Below are positions 57,297-64,000 of a stretch of DNA of 64,000 bases, piece after piece; position 1 is the stretch's first letter, and each line of letters starts with the position of its first letter. Origin of the DNA: the human T2T-CHM13v2.0 reference genome, Homo sapiens. The notes below the pieces were generated by a model. The model saw nothing but the letters and a program-made list of their open reading frames with translations, had not been told where the DNA came from and did no database searches. The DNA is taken from NCBI RefSeq assembly GCF_009914755.1, contig NC_060930.1; one strand, written 5' to 3'. A program made the translations under genes and the position numbers.

Positions 57297-57400
57297 CTAT
57301 CTCAAAACAAACTAATAAATAAAATAAGCTAGAAAAAAGTAAACCCAAATTAAGTAGGGGAAGAAGTTAATAAAAGAAGAAATCAATGAAATATAAATCA

Positions 57401-57604
<204 letters not shown>

Positions 57605-58548
57605 CTATCTCAAAAATAATAGTAATATAATAATAATAATATACTGACAAATGTATCATATTAATGTAAGATGTCAACAATAAGGAAAACTGGGTGTGGA
57701 GCACATGGGAACTCTACTATCTTCACAACTTTTCTATAGACCTAAAGCTATTCTAAAATAAGTCTAATCAAAAAAACTTGCCATAAAGAAAATTCCAGTG
57801 CCAGGTGGTAGCATTGGTGAAATCTATCAAAAACCCAAGAAAGAAGGGATACAAATTCTACACAAGCTTTTTCAGAAAACAGAGGAGGAAAGAATACTTT
57901 AAACTTATTTTATGAAGCTGAAATAATTATGATATGAAAATCTGATAATTACAAGAAAAAAGTTACAGACCTGTATCCTTCATGAACACACACACACACA
58001 CACACACACAAATCATGAAGAACATATCAATAAATAGAATCCAGCAATATATACAGTGAAATATATTATGACCAAAAATTTAATACAAGAATATAAAGTT
58101 AGTTTAACTTTACAAAAATCAGTGAAATAAACCACATCAACATCATAAAAGAGAACAACTATATGATTGTCTTGATCCTAGAAAAGCACTTGACTTTTAA
58201 ATAAAATTATTATTTCACAGTCAATACTCTCAGCAAGCTAGGAATAGAAGCAAACATTCACCACCTGATAAAGGACACCTATGAACAACAGGTGAAATGG
58301 TGAAAGAATAAATGTTTTCCCATTAAGATCAAAAGCAAGGCAAGAATATCTCCTCTCACTGCTATTATTAAGTATTGTATTAGAGATCCTAGCTAGTGAA
58401 ATAAGACATGAAAAATAAATAGAAGGCACTGATCTCATGGGCCACTCCTGAGTCCTATGGCACCCTCTGGAGTCAGAGGTGAAATAATCCCTCCAGAACC
58501 ACATGGACTAATGACAAGGAAAGAGTGATTCCCTAAGGAAAAATCAGG

Positions 58549-58696
58549 GCAGCCGCCGCCGCCCGACCGCCGGGAGGATGGAGTTCAGCGGGCAGCGGAG
58601 CTGTCTCAGTCTTTGCCGCCGCGCCGGCGAGCGCCGCCCGGGAGGCAGCGGCTGGAGGAGCGGACGGGCCCCGCGGGGCCCGAGGGCAAGGAGCAG
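58549..58696 (+). other. Captured MAST2 exon 1 fragment inside the SVA (not the MAST2 gene)
   Basis: Translates QPPPPDRREDGVQRAAELSQSLPPRRRAPPGRQRLEERTGPAGPEGKEQ, the MAST2 N-terminus; defining feature of SVA_F1. Confidence 0.9.
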
Positions 58697-58859
58697 CCGC
58701 CTGCCTTGGCCTCCCAAAGTGCCGAGATTGCAGCCTCTGCCCGGCCGCCACCCCGTCTGGGAAGTGAGGAGTGTCTCTGCCTGGCCGCCCATCGTCTGGG
58801 ATGTGAGGAGCCCCTCTGCCTGGCTGCCCAGTCTGGAAAGTGAGGAGCATCTCCGCCCG

Positions 58860-60470
58860 GCCGCCATCCCATCTAGGAAGTGAGGAGCGCCTCTTCCCAG
58901 CCGCCATCACATCTAGGAAGTGAGGAGCGTCTCTGCCCGGCCGCCCATCGTCTGAGATGTGGGGAGCGCCTCTGCCCCGCCGCCCCATCTGGGATGTGAG
59001 GAGCGCCTCTGCCCAGCCGAGACCCCGTCTGGGAGGTGAGGAGCGTCTCTGCCCGGCCGCCCCGTCTGAGAAGTGAGGAGACCCTCTGCCTGGCAACCAC
59101 CCCGTCTGAGAAGTGAGGAGCCCCTCCGCCCGGCAGCTGCCCCGTCTGAGAAGTGAGGAGCCTCTCCGCCCGGCAGCCACCCCATCTGGGAAGTGAGGAG
59201 CGTCTCCGCCCGGCAGCCACCCCGTCCGGGAGGGAGGTGGGGGGGGTCAGCCCCCCGCCCGGCCAGCCGCCCCATCCGGGAGGGAGGTGGGGGGGTCAGC
59301 CCCCCGCCCGGCCAGCCGTGCCGTCCGGGAGGGAGGTGGGGGGGTCAGCCCCCCGCCCGGCCAACCGCCCCGTCCGGGAGGTGAGGGGCGCCTCTGCCCG
59401 GCCGCCCCTACTGGGAAGTGAGGAGCCCCTCAGCCCGGCCAGCCACCCCATCCGGGAGGGAGATGGGGGGGTCAGCCCCCCGCCCGGCCAGCCGCCCCGT
59501 CCGGGAGGTGAGGGGCGCCTCTGCCCGGCCGCCCCTACTGGGAAGTGAGGAGCCCCTCAGCCCGGCCAGCCACCCCATCCGGGAGGGAGGTGGGGGGGTC
59601 AGCCCCCCGCCTGGCCAGCCGCCCCGTCCGGGAGGGAGGTGGGGGGGTCAGCCCTCCACCCGGCCAGCCGCCCCGTCTGGGAGGTGAGGGGCGCCTCTGC
59701 CCAGCCGCCCCTACTGGGAAGTGAGGAGCCCCTCTGCCCGGCCAGCCGCCCCGTCCGGGAGGGAGGTTGGGGGGTCAGCCCCCCGCCCGGCCAGCCGCCC
59801 TGTCCGGGAGGGAGGTGGGGGGGTCAGCCCTCTGCCCGGCCAGCCGCCCCGTCTGGGAGGTGAGGGGCGCCTCTGCCCGGCCACCCCTACTGGGAAGTGA
59901 GGAGCCCCTCTGCCCGGCCAGCCGCCCCGTCCGGGAGGGAGGTGGGGGGGTCGGCCCCCCGCCCGGCCAGCCGCCCCGTCCGGGAGGGAGGTGGGGGGGG
60001 TCAGCCCCCCCGCCCGGCCAGCCGCCCCGTCCGGGAGGTGAGGGGCGCCTCTGCCCGGCCGCCCCTACTGGCAAGTGAGGAGCCCCTCTGCCCGGCCAGC
60101 TGCCCCGTCCGGGAGGGAGGTGGGGGTGTCAGCCCCCTGCCCGGCCAGCCGCCCCGTCCGGGAGGGAGGTGGGGGGGGTCAGCCCCCCTGCCCGGCCAGC
60201 CGCCCCGTCCGGGAGGGAGGTGGGGGGGGTCAGCCCCCCTGCCCGGCCGGCCGCCCCGTCCGGGGGGTGAGGGGCACCTCTGCCCGGCCGCCCCTACTGG
60301 GAAGTGAGGAGCCCCTCTGCCCGGCCAGCCGCCCCGTCCGGGAGGGAGGTTGGGGGGTCGGCCCCCCGCCCGGCCAGCCGCCCCGTCCGGGAGGTGGGGG
60401 GCGCCTCTGCCCGGCCGCCCCTACTGGGAAATGAGGAGCCCCTCTGCCCGGCCACCACCCCGTCTGGGAG
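58860..60470 (+). repeat. SVA VNTR (GC-rich ~35-50 bp units, G4-prone)
   Basis: Repeating gcccggccagccgccccgtccgggagggaggtggggggg and ctgggaagtgaggagcccctctgc units. Confidence 0.93.
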
Positions 60471-61036
60471 GTGTGCCCAACGGCTCATTGAGAACGGGCC
60501 AGGATGACAATGGCGGCTTTGTGGAATAGAAAGGCGGGAAGGGTGGGGAAAAGATTGAGAAATCGGATGGTTGCCGTGTCTGTGTGGAAGGAAGTAGACA
60601 TGGGAGACTTTTCATTTTGTTCTGCACTAAGAAAAATTCCTCTGCCTTGGGATCCTGTTGATCTGTGACCTTACCCCCAACCCGGTGCTCTCTGAAACAT
60701 GTGCTGTGTCCACTCAGGGTTAAATGGATTAAGGGCGGTGCAAGATGTGCTTTGTTAAACAGATGCTTGAAGGCAGCATGCTCGTTAAGAGTCATCACCA
60801 ATCCCTAATCTCAAGTAATCAGGGACACAAACACTGCGGAAGGCTGCAGGGTCCTCTGCCTAGGAAAACCAGAGACCTTTGTTCACTTGTTTATCTGCTG
60901 ACCTTCCCTCCACTATTGTCCCATGACCCTGCCAAATCCCCCTCTGTGAGAAACACCCAAGAATTATCAATAAAAAAATAAATTAAAAAAAAAAAAGAAA
61001 AATAAATAGAAAGCATAAAGACTAGCAAAGAAGTAA

Positions 61037-61237
<201 letters not shown>

Positions 61238-61440
61238 TAATTTTTGTAGTTTTAGTAGAGAAGGGGTTTCACCATGTTGGGCAGGCTGGTCTCAAACTCC
61301 TGACCTCCGGTGACCCACCTGCCTCAGCCTCCCAAAGTGCTGAGATTCAGGAATGAGCCACCGTGCCCGGCCAACAACCTATTTTTTAAGTAGAAAATCC
61401 AAAGGCAGGTACTAGCCAAATACCCAAAATAGTAGTATTA

Positions 61441-62072
<632 letters not shown>

Positions 62073-62319
62073 TGATATTTTTTGATACTATTATAAATAG
62101 CATTCTGTTTTAAATTTAATTTTGCAATTGTTTGTTGCTAGTGTATACAAATATACCTTATTTTTATGTATGACTTTGAGTCCTTTCACCTTAACTTCTT
62201 TTTTTTTTTTGAGATGGCATTTCGCTCTTGTCCCCCAAGCTGGAGTGCAATGGCACAATCTTGGCTCACTGCAACCTCTGCCTCTGGGTTCAAGCAATTC
62301 TCCTGTCTCAGCCTCCTGA

Positions 62320-62599
<280 letters not shown>

Positions 62600-62802
62600 T
62601 GATCCGCCCATCTCGGCCTCCCAAATTGCTGGGATTACAGGTGTGAGCCACCGCGCCTAGCCAATTTTGTTATTTTTAATAGAGACGGGGGGTTTCGCCA
62701 TGTTGGTCAGGCTGGTCTCAAACTCCCAACCTCAGGTGATCTGCCCACCTCAGCCTCCCAAGGTGCTGGGATTACAGGCATGAGCCACCACGCCTGGCCT
62801 AA

Positions 62803-63586
<784 letters not shown>

Positions 63587-63597
63587 TCATGAGGTCA

Positions 63598-63946
<349 letters not shown>

Positions 63947-64000
63947 TTAGGTAACTCAGTACTAAAAAGACATCCATTCTCCCTAATTGTCATATAGATT

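Larger units (their letters stand above)
58425..60996 (+). mobile_element. SVA_F1 (MAST2-SVA) retrotransposon with extra 5' transduction
   Basis: 15-bp TSD GAAAAATAAATAGAA at 58410-58424 and 60997-61011; MAST2 exon 1 piece 58549-58696 joined to Alu-like domain (ccgcctgccttggcctcccaaag); GC-rich VNTR ~58860-60470; SINE-R ~60470-60968; AATAAA 60969-60974 and A tail; no CCCTCT hexamer head. Confidence 0.95.

Noticed and set aside
58860-60470. Repeat array resembling CRISPR
   Set aside because: No unique spacers, eukaryotic context; it is the SVA VNTR
58533-60981. Repetitive ORFs and a MAST2-like peptide as a possible gene
   Set aside because: SVA VNTR and SINE-R translations; the MAST2 piece lacks its ATG and is the known SVA_F1 capture

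Overview
Human (primate) genomic DNA, very Alu-dense, containing the 5' part of NUDT3 (DIPP1, diphosphoinositol polyphosphate phosphohydrolase 1) on the minus strand. Visible parts are the CpG-island promoter, coding exon 1 (54032-53934), a 50.3-kb intron 1 and coding exon 2 (3603-3493, not in the ORF track). Almost all listed ORFs are Alu, L1 or SVA translation artefacts. About 4 kb upstream of the promoter is a TSD-flanked SVA_F1 (MAST2 exon 1 fused to SVA, human-specific) carrying an extra 124-bp non-MAST2 5' transduction. I see no new multi-gene system. The most notable unexplained structures are: (1) a strong-Kozak 39-codon uORF in frame with NUDT3 and separated from it by one TGA, which overlaps a second uAUG; (2) the secondary SVA 5' transduction; (3) a local inversion shown by a flipped L1 segment and an inverted TSD pair (61.7-63.9 kb); (4) a fold-back inverted repeat enclosing a copy of sequence from 3.3 kb away; (5) a chimeric MER21/unique/L1 retro-insertion inside one TSD pair; (6) a candidate poison exon before exon 2. 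Repeat family names come from recalled consensus sequences, not from a search.
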